Source: Octopus vulgaris
Lineage: Eukaryota
Assembly: GCA_951406725.2 (NCBI GenBank)
Contig: OX597825.1
Coordinates: forward strand, 34,286,001-34,350,000
Reading direction: 5' to 3'
Length of the DNA stretch: 64,000 nucleotides
A model generated the notes under the pieces. That model had not been told where the DNA came from and did no database searches. It saw nothing but the letters and a program-made list of their open reading frames with translations. The position numbers and the translations under genes were made by a program. Below, one piece after another: positions 38,328 to 49,125 of the stretch (positions within the stretch are counted from its first letter, which is position 1; the number at the start of each line of letters is the position of its first letter).

Positions 38328-41236
38328 TAGCGGCGCGTTTCTCATCGTTACCTGTGGTCGACATTCTGGTGAAGGGGAAGATGTCGCGAGCCCTGGTGGA
38401 CACGGGCTGTACGACGACCCTGATGACCACAGAAGTGGCAGAGATGTGGAGTGGAGGAAGCAGTGTCAGGGCAGTCGACGGAAGAGAAGTGCACTGCGAA
38501 GGGGTTACGGATGCGCAGATCGTGGTGCAGGGACTGCAGCTGACGTTGCGAGCGATTGTGGTCGGTCACTTGGTGGACGAGATCGACGTGGTGATGGGGA
38601 TGGATGCGATCACCCGTCTGGGAGGTGTTACCGTCAACGAGGCTGGCGTAACGTTTGGGCTAGCAGGGAAGCCGTGTAGGGCGACACCACGCACCGACGA
38701 CAACCGTGAGGAAATGGATGCGGTGCACACCATTGAAGACCAGGATTTTCGGGCTGTCTTTGATGGCAAGAGGTGGACAGTGGAGTGGCACTGGAAGGGA
38801 GAGCCCCCGATGTTAAAGAACAAAGTGGGCTGCTATCAGCATACTCTAAAAGGAGATGCCAGAAGTGAGTTCGAGGGGGAGGTGGAGCGGTGGATTAAGG
38901 AGGGCATACTGATCCCCTGGGAAAAAGAAGAGAGCGGAGTCCTGCCACTGATGGCGGTGATACAGCCCACAAAGCGTAAGGTCAGGTCAGTGCTCGACTT
39001 CCGAGAGCTGAATGACCACGTGTCGTGTCATACAGGCGGCGAGGCCACGGATGTCTGCGGAGACACCTTGCGAGAGTGGAGGCAGACGGCGGGGGCCTCC
39101 ACGATTGTCGATTTGAAGTCGGCATACCTTCAGGTTCATGTGGCTGAGAAACTATGGAGGTACCAGCTCGTCAGGTATAGGGGCCGGACGTACTGTCTGA
39201 CCAGGTTGGGATTCGGGCTGAATTCAGCTCCGAAGATTATGGCAACAATTCTCAAGGCCGTCCTGGGGAAGGTGGACAGAGTAAAAAGGGCCACCAATTC
39301 ATACATCGACGACATTCTGGTGGATGAAACCGTGATACCAGCAACGGAGGTCATAGGCCACCTGAAGAGTTTTGGACTGATCGCCAAGCCGCCAGAGGCT
39401 ATGGAGGGAGGTGCTGCACTGGGCCTCAAGCTATGGAGAGACAAAGCAGGCGCCTTGGTGTTCCGGCGAGGGAATGAGATCCCTGAACTGGGCGCCAGCA
39501 TGAGTAGACGGGAGCTGTTCTCTGTGTGTGGGAAGCTGGTGGGACACTACCCGATTGCAGGCTGGCTCCGGACAGCATGCAGCTTCATCAAGAGACGAGC
39601 CGAAGGAGTGAAGTGGAATGATAAAGTGGGGGAGAGGACGATCGACATGATGCAGGAAGTCCTGGTCAGAGTAAGAGCAGAGGACCCGGTGAGGGGCAGC
39701 TGGTACGTTCCCAAATCAAAGAGCGGGATCGTATGGTGTGACGCCAGTAGCATCGCAATAGGGATTGTCTTGGAAGTGGGAGGTGTCACGGTGGAAGATG
39801 CAGCCTGGCTCAGGAAGATGGATGACTGCAGTCACATCAACGTGGCGGAGTTGGAAGCCGTGCTGAAGGGGGTGAACCTAGCCTTGAAGTGGGGGTTGCA
39901 CACCATAGAAATCAGGACTGATTCAGCCACTGTACTTGGTTGGGCGACGGCAGTCATCACCGATGAGCGGAGGGTGCGGACCAAAGGGGCTGCAGAGATG
40001 CTGGTAAAGCGTCGATTGGGGATACTGCGTGAACTGACCACTGAGTTCAATCTGAAGCTGAGCGTGATCTTTGTGCCTTCCGAGAAGAACAGGGCAGACG
40101 TCCTGACCAGTGTTAAGCGAGCCTGGTTGCAAGTGCCAGAGGACGCGAAGCAGGATGTAGCTGCAGTATGCCATCTGAGCGACTCGGAGTTGCGGAGACT
40201 GCACACCATGCATCACATGGGTGTGGACAGGACGTTGTTCCTGGCCAGAAAAGTCGACTCCGACGTAACAAGACAGAGCGTGCGGAGAGTGGTTAGCAGT
40301 TGTGACAGGTGCCAGTCCATCGACCCTGCTCCGGTCGTGCATGAAGCGGGAAGTATTCCAGTGGACCAGGACTGGAGACGACTGGCGGTGGACATAACAC
40401 ACTACTGGCAGGGGACATACCTCTCAATGGTTGACTGCGGACCGGGGCGGTTCGCCATATGGAGGGAGATGAGGTCAGGAACCGCAGAAGAAATTGCGAA
40501 AGTGCTGAACGAGATATTCCTGGAACGAGGCCCCGTGGATGAACTGCTTCTGGACAACGGCACTGCATTTCGCTCGGAGGCGCTGAGAGAAATGCTTGAT
40601 GAGTGGAAGGTCAACCGCTTCTTCAGGGCGGCATACCGGCCAAGTGGAAACGGGGTGGTGGAAAGGCATCATCGTACCATCAAGGCCATGGCTGAGAGGG
40701 GTCACATTTCACCAGTCGAGGCCGTGTTTTGGTACAACATGTCGCCCAGATCAGGACAGGCCGAGGAGTCGGTGCCACACAGGGCAATATTCAGGTACGA
40801 GTGGAGGCATCCGTGTACTACATCAATGCGACCCGGGGCAGAGGAAGAGCACGCCTTCGTGCAGGTCGGGGAGGAAGTCTGGGTGAAACCCCCGAACGCA
40901 CGGTGTACATCGCAATGGGGAAAGGGGACAATAACCTCCGTAAATTCAAAGAATAACATCTCGGTAGATGGTATGCCACGCCACGTTTTGGACATACGGA
41001 GGATTGTCCATGCCCCGGAGGATGGGACAAGCAACAGTGGGCAAGACGATAACAACAGACAGGATGACGAGGTCGGCAGCAACACGCCAGAAACAAGTCC
41101 TAGGGTCGCACTGCGACCACAGAGGAGCGGCACCCTCCTCCCTGGTTGGCTGACTACGAAACCAGTTTCAGGTGCAGGAGCGAGTGAGGAAGCCAGTTCA
41201 GTGATCTATAGATCAGGGGGGCGTGTGGTGTGGTGA
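38228..41236 (+). CDS. pol: Pol polyprotein: protease, RT, RNase H, integrase (probably made as Gag-Pol)
   Basis: ALVDTGC; LDFRELN, DLKSAYLQ, LGFGL, YIDD; WCDAS..ELEAV..TDS..NRAD; H..HH..CDRC, AVD..LLDNG..VERHHRTIK; Gypsy domain order. Confidence 0.96.
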   Translation: MLPVPRAGACGQRVSAGKRTAGDYCAGSCPFGLVAARFSSLPVVDILVKGKMSRALVDTGCTTTLMTTEVAEMWSGGSSVRAVDGREVHCEGVTDAQIVVQGLQLTLRAIVVGHLVDEIDVVMGMDAITRLGGVTVNEAGVTFGLAGKPCRATPRTDDNREEMDAVHTIEDQDFRAVFDGKRWTVEWHWKGEPPMLKNKVGCYQHTLKGDARSEFEGEVERWIKEGILIPWEKEESGVLPLMAVIQPTKRKVRSVLDFRELNDHVSCHTGGEATDVCGDTLREWRQTAGASTIVDLKSAYLQVHVAEKLWRYQLVRYRGRTYCLTRLGFGLNSAPKIMATILKAVLGKVDRVKRATNSYIDDILVDETVIPATEVIGHLKSFGLIAKPPEAMEGGAALGLKLWRDKAGALVFRRGNEIPELGASMSRRELFSVCGKLVGHYPIAGWLRTACSFIKRRAEGVKWNDKVGERTIDMMQEVLVRVRAEDPVRGSWYVPKSKSGIVWCDASSIAIGIVLEVGGVTVEDAAWLRKMDDCSHINVAELEAVLKGVNLALKWGLHTIEIRTDSATVLGWATAVITDERRVRTKGAAEMLVKRRLGILRELTTEFNLKLSVIFVPSEKNRADVLTSVKRAWLQVPEDAKQDVAAVCHLSDSELRRLHTMHHMGVDRTLFLARKVDSDVTRQSVRRVVSSCDRCQSIDPAPVVHEAGSIPVDQDWRRLAVDITHYWQGTYLSMVDCGPGRFAIWREMRSGTAEEIAKVLNEIFLERGPVDELLLDNGTAFRSEALREMLDEWKVNRFFRAAYRPSGNGVVERHHRTIKAMAERGHISPVEAVFWYNMSPRSGQAEESVPHRAIFRYEWRHPCTTSMRPGAEEEHAFVQVGEEVWVKPPNARCTSQWGKGTITSVNSKNNISVDGMPRHVLDIRRIVHAPEDGTSNSGQDDNNRQDDEVGSNTPETSPRVALRPQRSGTLLPGWLTTKPVSGAGASEEASSVIYRSGGRVVW
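38276..38336 (+). promoter_or_regulatory. -1 ribosomal frameshift signal (slippery heptamer plus hairpin/pseudoknot)
   Basis: G GGA AAC in the gag frame at 38276-38282, 7-nt spacer, stem GGGAGACUACU/GGUAGUUGUCCC, loop GCGCC complementary to GGCGC at 38332-38336; pol is in the -1 frame. Confidence 0.85.
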
Positions 41237-41500
41237 TGAGGGAGTGTGACAGAGAGGGAGGGAGCGGAAGTGGGTCTTGCAGGTCTCGCAGGGCGCATGC
41301 GCCGGCGGAAGCGGAAGTGAGAGACAGAATGCACGTGCGGCATCGACCAGGGCAGTCAGACTCGAGAACGACGCCAAGACGACAAGACGCTAGCAAGTTG
41401 GCTCAAGGCGAATCCGGCTTCATCTCTACAGGTAAGACCAAATTACACTTCTAATTCTTTTCCTTGTTCTGTTACGCTCCTTTTCACCACACTTATCACA
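41224..41500 (+). repeat. 3' LTR
   Basis: Preceded by AGATCAGGGGGCG purine-rich tract; followed by TSD AAAAG. Confidence 0.97.
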
Positions 41501-41929
41501 AAAAGCTTGGCTATTTTTTCTAGCAGGTCATGCAACCACATACAGGCTCCATAGTTGGTCTGTCTCAGTAATAATTTTGTTGTTATTTAGCCTCAAATCA
41601 ACCTTGATACAGCAAACCTATGTTGCTATAAAAACATCTCTGGTTATTAAAGAAGGGTTTTGTTAGGGGAGTGGATATGGAAGTTGTTGTTCGCAAAAAG
41701 CAGCAGTAATTTTCTTCAGCTGAATACATGCCATTGATTGGTTAAAATCACCCAAATACAACAACTTTAACACAAAGTAACTTCTAAAATACAAAATTTT
41801 GTCAAAAACATGAAGAGTAAACTCTGTTCAGTGTGACACATTCTACCAGTATCCGAAGTTTCAAAGTGTTTAGTTACAAACAAATTCATTAAAAAATCTG
41901 TTGGTCAGATTGAAAAGATCCATTTCTCT

Positions 41930-43210
41930 AATTATAAAAAAAAAGATTAAGAAAATAACAAGAACTCATTAGTGTTGGGGTATTTGCTGTTTCAGTTCTT
42001 TGTCTTTTGTATAGAAATATGTTTCTTTTGACATTTGAAGTGAATAATCATATTTACTTGCACTGGAAAGTACTTCACACATACAACCATCAATTTATCA
42101 TACTTACTGTATATACACGGCTGATAGGCCACCTGCTGCAGTTTTTATTCAAGAAAGACATCTCTTATGGAGATGTTGTTTAAAAACATTATGTTGGAGG
42201 GAGATGAAAAATCATTCCAAGAAGTTCAAACAGCATCCAGTGTTCTCACTAGCCACTGCCGGAATGACTTTTCCACTACCGTTTGGCGGGGGCGGGGGGG
42301 GGGTCATGTACATGCATGTGTGTTTGTGTGTGAGTGTTTGTGTGTGGGTGTATCTTTCACTGAAGTTTATCAGCTAAAACAGCTGGTGCTTGTCAACAAG
42401 GCTTTGCGTTTATATTTGTTTGGTGCCATATTACACACTTCCTTGGTTGTTCTCACCATCAGGATGTGAGGGAATCTGGGATTGGACAATTGGACAAAGT
42501 TATTATTAAAAAACTAAAATATAAAACAAATGAAATAATCATATGTTAAAAGCCACTTGTGCATTTCATATGACACTCCTTAATTTATTTAAAAGGTGAC
42601 AAAGTTATTAACAAACATACTCGATTATTCAAATAAATTTCAGTTGTCTGAATTAAGACAACACCAATAAGAATGCAACAACTGAAAACTGTCTAATATT
42701 AGACTTGTCAGTTTAAATATAGATTTTCCTGTTCCTCCTCTCACTTTTTTTTACTCATCTCTTTTTATTTTAAGTAGCCGTCAGTAATTCGGGCATTAAA
42801 GTAATTTCATTAATTATTAAAAAAAAAATTAAGAAAAAGAAAAAAACAACTTATTAGTGTTGGGAAATTTCAGTTCTTTATCTTTTGTAGAGAAATATAT
42901 TTTGTTTGACATATGAAGTAAATAATCATATTTATTTGCCTTTGAAAGAATTAGCTACTTCACTTTCTTGAAATTTAAAACAAACGGTGTTGTTTAGTTT
43001 CAAACTTCACACACACAACCATCAATTTATCATACTTAATATATATACACCATTGATAGGCCAGTTGCTGCAGGTTTTATTCAAGAAAAAATCTCTTATG
43101 GACGTACTGTTTAAAAACACTGGATATCGGTGGGAGAGAAAAAGTCATCCCAAGATCAAATAGTATCTGTTGTTCTCACTAGCCAATGCAGGAATGACTT
43201 TTCCTCTCCC
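41930..43210. repeat. Diverged direct duplication of ~350-390 bp (41930-42280 and 42812-43210)
   Basis: Shared blocks ATTAGTGTTGGG, CAACCATCAATTTATCATACTTA, GTTCTCACTAGCCA.TGC.GGAATGACTTTTCC. Confidence 0.85.
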
Positions 43211-43547
43211 AACAACATATATATATATGCGGCATGTGGCAGACTACCTAGCAGTCTTGCCCTGTCAATATATACACACACATATATATATATTGGAGTG
43301 GTTGGCATTAGGAAGGGCATCCAGCCATTGAAACCATGCCAAACCAGCATGGACAATGGATGTTAAATGATGATGATGAGGATGATGATGTGGGTGTGTG
43401 GTAAGAAGCTTGCTTCCCAACTACATGGTTCTGGGTTGAGTGCCACTGCATGGAAACTTGGACATGTGTCAAGCCGACCAAAGTTTTGTGAGTGGATTTC
43501 GTTGACAGAAACTGAAAGAAGCTCATCGTATATATATATATATATGT

Positions 43548-45780
43548 TAGTTAGTTAGTTAGTTAATTTTTTGGCTCAAAAAGCAAAAAGCAAGGCCAAT
43601 TAGGGGGACATGGAGTTATGTACAGGGTGGTGTTCATGTAAAGAGTTCAGGCCACTTGTGGACAAGGGAGACTTTGAACCAAGCGGTCGTCGGCATCTTC
43701 ACCATCTCGTCTGGCAGCTTATTCCACGGATCCGCAAACCGGACGGAGAAATCGTCGCCGATGGAGCTTTTCGGAATGACCCCGCAGCGACGCTCTGGAG
43801 CAGGAGTGAAGAACAGCTCTTTCGAGAGGTTACACTTTCTGCTTATGATGTTATGAGCAAGAATGAGATCACCACGGCGTCGTCGTTTTTCTAGAGAATA
43901 AAGGTCGAGCGTCTTCAGCCTTTCTTCATAAGACAAATTCTCGAGACCAAGAACCATGCAGGTAGCCAGCTTCTGGACTCTTTCGAGATGCTGTATGTCT
44001 TTGAGGAGATAAGGAGAAGAGGCTTGAATCCCGTACTCCAATATGGGTCTCACCAGCGTGACATAGAGCGGTAGAAATATGGCTGCTGTGAGCATTCCGA
44101 ATGACCGTCGAATCAAGAACAGAACTCCGCGTGCTTTGTTGGCAGCATGGACGCACTGGGCCGAAGGCGAAAAGAAGGAAACCACCAAGATACCTAGGTC
44201 CTTTACCTGATCGGTCCTCTCCAGCAGCAGACTCGAAATCAAGTTGAGTTGCAGGAGGAGAGCCAACAGGCAGATGACAGCACTTTGATACATTCAGACA
44301 CAGGTCCCATTCGTTAGACCATCTCCAAATTTGGTGGAGGCATCGACGAAGATCCTCTATATCACCGCGAGGAGCGACCAATTTGACATCGTCGGCAAAT
44401 AGAAGGGTGTGTTGCGTGAGATCTTCGGGCAAGTCATTTATGAAGACTAAGAACAATAAGGGCCCAAGCACTGAACCTTGAGGCACGCCACTGCTCGCAC
44501 TGGAGACGTCGGACCGCAAACCATTAACTTGGACTTGGAAGGAGTGATCTTAGAGGAAGGCACCAACCCATCGTACAATATCTGGATGGAAACTATATGC
44601 TTGAAGCTTGACAAGTAATAGGCGGTGGTTTACCGAGTCAAAAGCTTTGGCAAAGTCCAATAAAACGATGTCAACAGCATCACTATCATCGAGGATGCGC
44701 GTCACCAATTCTTCCATTATCAGTAAGTTGGTCAAGCATGATCTCTTCGGCACGAAGCCGTGTTGGGAATCAGAGATAGAGGCTGTGTTTTGGAGGTGGA
44801 GCATCATACTTTTCTTAAGGATGGTTTCGAATATCTTGCTGATTATTGATGTAAGGGAAACTGGTCGGTAGTGAAGCGGGTCTTCGCAGCTCCCTTTCTT
44901 GAAAATTGGGCAGATTATCGCTGTTCTCCAGTCCGCAGGTATAACACCCGTCGCCAATGACATATTGAATAGACGTGTTAAGGGCTCGCAGATGACCGGA
45001 GCCAACGCTTTGATAACCCGTGGGTGTATGCCGTCAGGGCCGTGACCCTTGTTGACATCGAGGCCTTGAATAACGCATTCGACTTTGTCCCGCGTGATGA
45101 CCAATCGAAGCATTGGAGGTACCGATCTATCAAATGGAGGGGGTTCACGACCATCATCTTGTTTGAAAATAGTTGAAAAAGCCTCGGCAAATAATTGACT
45201 CTGTTGATAAGGGTCCTCAATCGATACGCCTGTTGAGTCTACCAACGTTGCAATTTGGTTGTTCAAGCGGGAATTCCGTTGGACATGGGCAAAGAAGGTT
45301 TTTGGATTGCTACTGGCGTTTGCCGCGATTTTGTATTCATATCTGAAGTGTTCTTCCTTTTCAATTTTCACGGCTCGGTCTCGTTGAGTTTTGTACACCT
45401 CAAAAGCTGCAGTCGAATCCAGATTTTTAGATTCAGCCCAAGCAATATCTCTGAGTCGAAGTTCTCGTTTAACCTTCTTCGTCACCCAGGGCTTGTGTTT
45501 CTTCTTCTTGGGAAGCCCAACGGGAACTGCCTGGTCAGTCAACCAGATTACATATGCTTTGAGGGATGACCATAGTTCGTCAACTGAGGACAACGTCATC
45601 AGGGATCGCCAGTCCAGAAGCGCGAAAGCCTCGGTTAGAATTTCAAGATTAATTGCAGAAAAGACTCTATGCGGCAGCGAAGTAGTCGTGGGCGTAGAAA
45701 AAGTTTTGTGCATGACGAACTTCAGGACCGCATGATCACTCTTGGCAAGAGGGGCGCACACAGATACGTCTGACACTGAT
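43548..45780 (-). mobile_element. 5'-truncated CR1-clade LINE inserted inside a family B SINE
   Basis: QHGFVPKRSCLTNL, LDFAKAFD, GVPQGSVLGPLLF, LFADD, VRPILEY; (TAAC)n tail; SINE halves at ~43390-43545 and ~45781-46010. Confidence 0.96.
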
Positions 45781-46301
45781 CATGTATATGCATGTATGTA
45801 TGTATGTATTTGTGTCTGTGTTTGTCCCCACTACCATTGCTTGACAACCGATGTTGGTGTGTTGGTGAGTTTACATCCCCATAACTTAATGTTTCAGCAA
45901 AAGAAACCCATAGAGCTTACAAAGAATAAGTCCTGGGGTCAATTTATTCAACTAAAAAGCGGTGCTCCAATAAGGCTGCAGTCAGATTACTGAAACAAAT
46001 AAAAGAGTAAAAGAGTATGTGTGTGTATATATATATATATAAATGGCGGTGCCCCAGCATGGCCACAGCTCGTGAGCTGAAACTAGATAAAATAAAAAAT
46101 ATATATAATACAAATAAGAAAATGGAGAAACAATTTAGTTTGTTCATCAACTTTTGGATATTAGAATGTTGAATTATTTATTCATTTAACAAAATGAGAA
46201 ACTTAATAGCATACATATATAACTTATAATTCAATACATATAAGATAAAAATGCAAATTATAAAAATCTTAATATAAATTATTGAAATCATTAAAATCAC
46301 T

Positions 46302-46427
46302 CCTTACAGCTGTTTCAGCATATGGTTAAAAGTATTTTTTTATTGCCTATAGTTGTCAATTATATTGAGGTTGTAGGCATTTAAGAATAGGGTACTTATA
46401 TATATAACCATAGGCCTCGTCAGAGAT
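46302..46427 (-). ncRNA. Hammerhead ribozyme motif with long stem II
   Basis: Minus: UCU-CUGACGA-GGCCUAUGGUUA...UAACCAUAUGCU-GAAAC-AGCU-GUA-AGG; palindromic stem III ACAGCUGU; stem I short. Confidence 0.72.
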
Positions 46428-46699
46428 TATAATGAACTCCAAAAATATTACTACAGGAAACAGGATAGACGTATAATTAATATATATAAAAAATATGAAC
46501 AAATATCCATATAGACTTATACATATACATATATACATACATAAGCAGAGTATATATACTTTTACATGTGTAAAAATACATAAATAAACACAATTAAACT
46601 ATAAGTCCAAGTAAGTAGACCATTCATCATATACATATATGTACATATATACTGGAACATATAAACACGTCTATGCTCATGACTACATAAACAATAATC

Positions 46700-46700
46700 A

Positions 46701-46759
<59 letters not shown>
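46700..46759. repeat. (ATT)n microsatellite
   Basis: Seen directly; source of the poly-Ile ORF. Confidence 0.97.
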
Positions 46760-46761
<2 letters not shown>

Positions 46762-47266
46762 TTATCAATAATAACAATATTATTAGATTTATAGTAATCG
46801 TCACTTGACAATACATATTATAATAGATTCTAATATATATCAAATATTACAATACAAGATAAACAATTTACAATCCATACAAACAAATATATATATGTAT
46901 ATAAATATATAAAAAACATACAGTTAGACCATGGCTTTTAGTATATAGTTCTTAATACATACAGGTTCATGCGTGTGGGTAACAAATAGAAGCAACATGT
47001 ACATGTATTTATATACGCACGAATATACACCAATATCAATATAAGGATTTTTTTCTTTTCATCAATGTTGAAGTTCAAATTATATTTATATTTGTATTTT
47101 TATCCAACGAATTAATATAGTATCATAGAATAATTCCACTATCCCTTAGTGGGTTGCACCCTTAACCCCTAACTTACTTTGTGTTATAAAATATATGTGA
47201 CCGCATGTGTACCGTTGGTGATTATTTTCCTCCATCTTCCCTTCTTTGGATCTTTCCTTTTCCTAT

Positions 47267-47301
47267 GTTTCTGACGAAGAGCTCCACTCGAAACGTTAAA
47301 C
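47267..47301 (+). ncRNA. Minimal hammerhead ribozyme motif
   Basis: GUUU-CUGACGA-A-GAG-cucca-CUC-GAAAC-GUU-AAAC; loop-less palindromic stem III (ACGU). Confidence 0.78.
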
Positions 47302-47380
47302 CCTCCTTCTTTCATGAGCGTCCAATAATACTATACTTGTTCCACGTCCTTGTGTTGTGTTTTCATGTTTGGATTAACTT

Positions 47381-47419
<39 letters not shown>

Positions 47420-47556
47420 CGGAGATGTACTTGCATAGCAAGTGACTTGATCTGAGATCGTGTGCTGGAACGAAAACAATTGCAGCGTGGAAGGTGTTTA
47501 TCAGCCATTTAAGAAACACACAAAACTGTTAGATTGACTTCAACATTTAAATTTAA

Positions 47557-47607
47557 TTTGTCAAAATATTTTCGTCGCTTTGAGACCGCGACCTGTTCAC
47601 TGACAAA
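47557..47607 (-). ncRNA. Minimal hammerhead variant with G3-C8 swapped core
   Basis: Minus: UUUGUCA-GUGAACA-G-GUCGC-ggucucaaa-GCGAC-GAAA-AUAU-UU-UGACAAA; 7-bp stem I, 5-bp stem II. Confidence 0.7.
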
Positions 47608-47700
47608 ACTTCGTGCTGCATATATATATATATATATATATTATTAGTGAATGGAAGAAATGGAGTTGAACGAAGATTGTACAGAATTCCTTTTATTACA

Positions 47701-47780
47701 TTCTACACATGTTTCAAAGGCCACAAATTTCCAAATTCTGATTAAATAAGGGTACCATATTGTGGCTTTCTCTTCAGGAA
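47701..47780 (-). ncRNA. Hammerhead ribozyme motif (left arm copy)
   Basis: Reverse complement of 47992-48071. Confidence 0.75.
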
Positions 47781-47991
47781 AAAACAGGAATTCCGTTGAC
47801 AGAACAAAACAAAACAGAGGCGCAGCAATTCGAACGAGGACGCTCTTTAAGAGCCCATGGCTGAACTGTTTATCAATGTACGTTGAAATCGGGGATTGAT
47901 AAACAGTTCAGCCATGGGCTCTTAAAGAGCGTCCTCGTTCGAATTGCTGCACCTCTGTTTTGTTTTGTTCTGTCAACGGAATTCCTGTTTT

Positions 47992-48071
47992 TTCCTGAAG
48001 AGAAAGCCACAATATGGTACCCTTATTTAATCAGAATTTGGAAATTTGTGGCCTTTGAAACATGTGTAGAA
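47992..48071 (+). ncRNA. Hammerhead ribozyme motif (right arm copy)
   Basis: UUC-CUGAAGA-GAAAGCCACAA...UUGUGGCCUUU-GAAAC-AUGU-GUA-GAA; canonical core. Confidence 0.75.
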
Positions 48072-48283
48072 CGTAATAAAAGGAATTCTGTACAATCTTC
48101 GTTCAACTCCATTTCTTCCATTCACTAATAATATTAAACTTCAATTATCCGCACCAACGCACGGTTGCAACACTAAATGGTCTTATCTCCAACCATGTTT
48201 TTTTCTGCTGTGACTTTTGCTACCCAGGTATCGGTTAAACTTTTGAATAATCTGTAACAAGAAAATTCATCTTTCTATTTCAC

Positions 48284-48331
<48 letters not shown>

Positions 48332-48356
48332 TATAAAGTGAGGAAGGCCAGTCTAT

Positions 48357-48417
48357 GGGATTACCCTGGGTTTCCCATCCATAAAGAGCTTAGCTTTATG
48401 GCGTATCGTCAGACCCC
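48357..48417 (-). ncRNA. Hammerhead ribozyme motif, base of stem II degraded
   Basis: Minus: GGGGU-CUGACGA-uacgCCAUAAAG..CUUUAUGGaugg-GAAACCC-A-GGGUA-AUCCC. Confidence 0.68.
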
Positions 48418-48909
48418 AAAACCTGTTGGCCTAAGAGTTCTTTAAAATAGGATTTACAAAGTAATCAAAAATAGTATATGTGAGCATATTTGGCTGGCCA
48501 GTGGACTTTTCTACTGCTCTTGGTAACATGAGCTGGGGAGAATGTAATAACTGGTGTAGTATTAGAAGACGCTGTGTCAGAGGAGTGTGTATGTTGTGTG
48601 GAAGTATGTATAAGTGTTGTGGGTGGGGAAGTGGGGTACTATTGCTGGGAAGGTGACTCAATAAAAGCCTACTTCACACGATTTATGCTAACAGTCTGAT
48701 GTTTCCCTTAAACGTCTAAAACCATGAACTTGGCTTTTAATTTCAACACTCGGTACAGGCTGGTATAAGACTGCTGTAGTGGTTGCTTGACTATATCATT
48801 GTGTATAAAATCATGAGTCCATTACAAACAGGAGTAATTCCATCATGTAATTTTGCAATCAGTGGACATAGTCTGCTGGATCAAAATGTTGGTTAGCTAC
48901 AAGTATATT

Positions 48910-49125
48910 CTTTTCTACTCTAGACACAAGGTCTGAAATTTTGGGAGAGGAGGGGCCAGTCAATTAGACTGACCTCAGTACATAGCTGGTACTTAATTTA
49001 TCAACCCTGAAAGGATGGAAAGCAAAGTCGACCTCAGTGGAATTTGAACTCAGAATATAAAAACAGACAAAGTATCACTAAGTATTTCACCCAGCATACT
49101 AGCATTTCTGCCATCTCACTGCCTG
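48910..49125 (-). mobile_element. SINE family A
   Basis: TSD AGCTACAAGTATATT. Confidence 0.85.

Larger units (their letters stand above)
37242..41500 (+). mobile_element. Young full-length Ty3/Gypsy LTR retrotransposon (4259 bp)
   Basis: 277-bp TG..CA LTRs differing at one position that I could find, perfect 5-bp TSD AAAAG (37237-37241, 41501-41505), purine tract before the 3' LTR, open gag and pol. Confidence 0.98.
47638..48134. repeat. ~240-bp near-perfect inverted repeat (47638-47877 / 47895-48134), 17-bp spacer
   Basis: Arms are reverse complements with only a couple of mismatches; each carries a hammerhead. Confidence 0.96.

Noticed and set aside
37538-41396. Many antisense and overlapping ORFs inside the Gypsy element, including the 74-aa ORFs in each LTR
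   Set aside because: Expected shadow ORFs in GC-rich coding DNA; no recognisable domains; no env-like ORF present.
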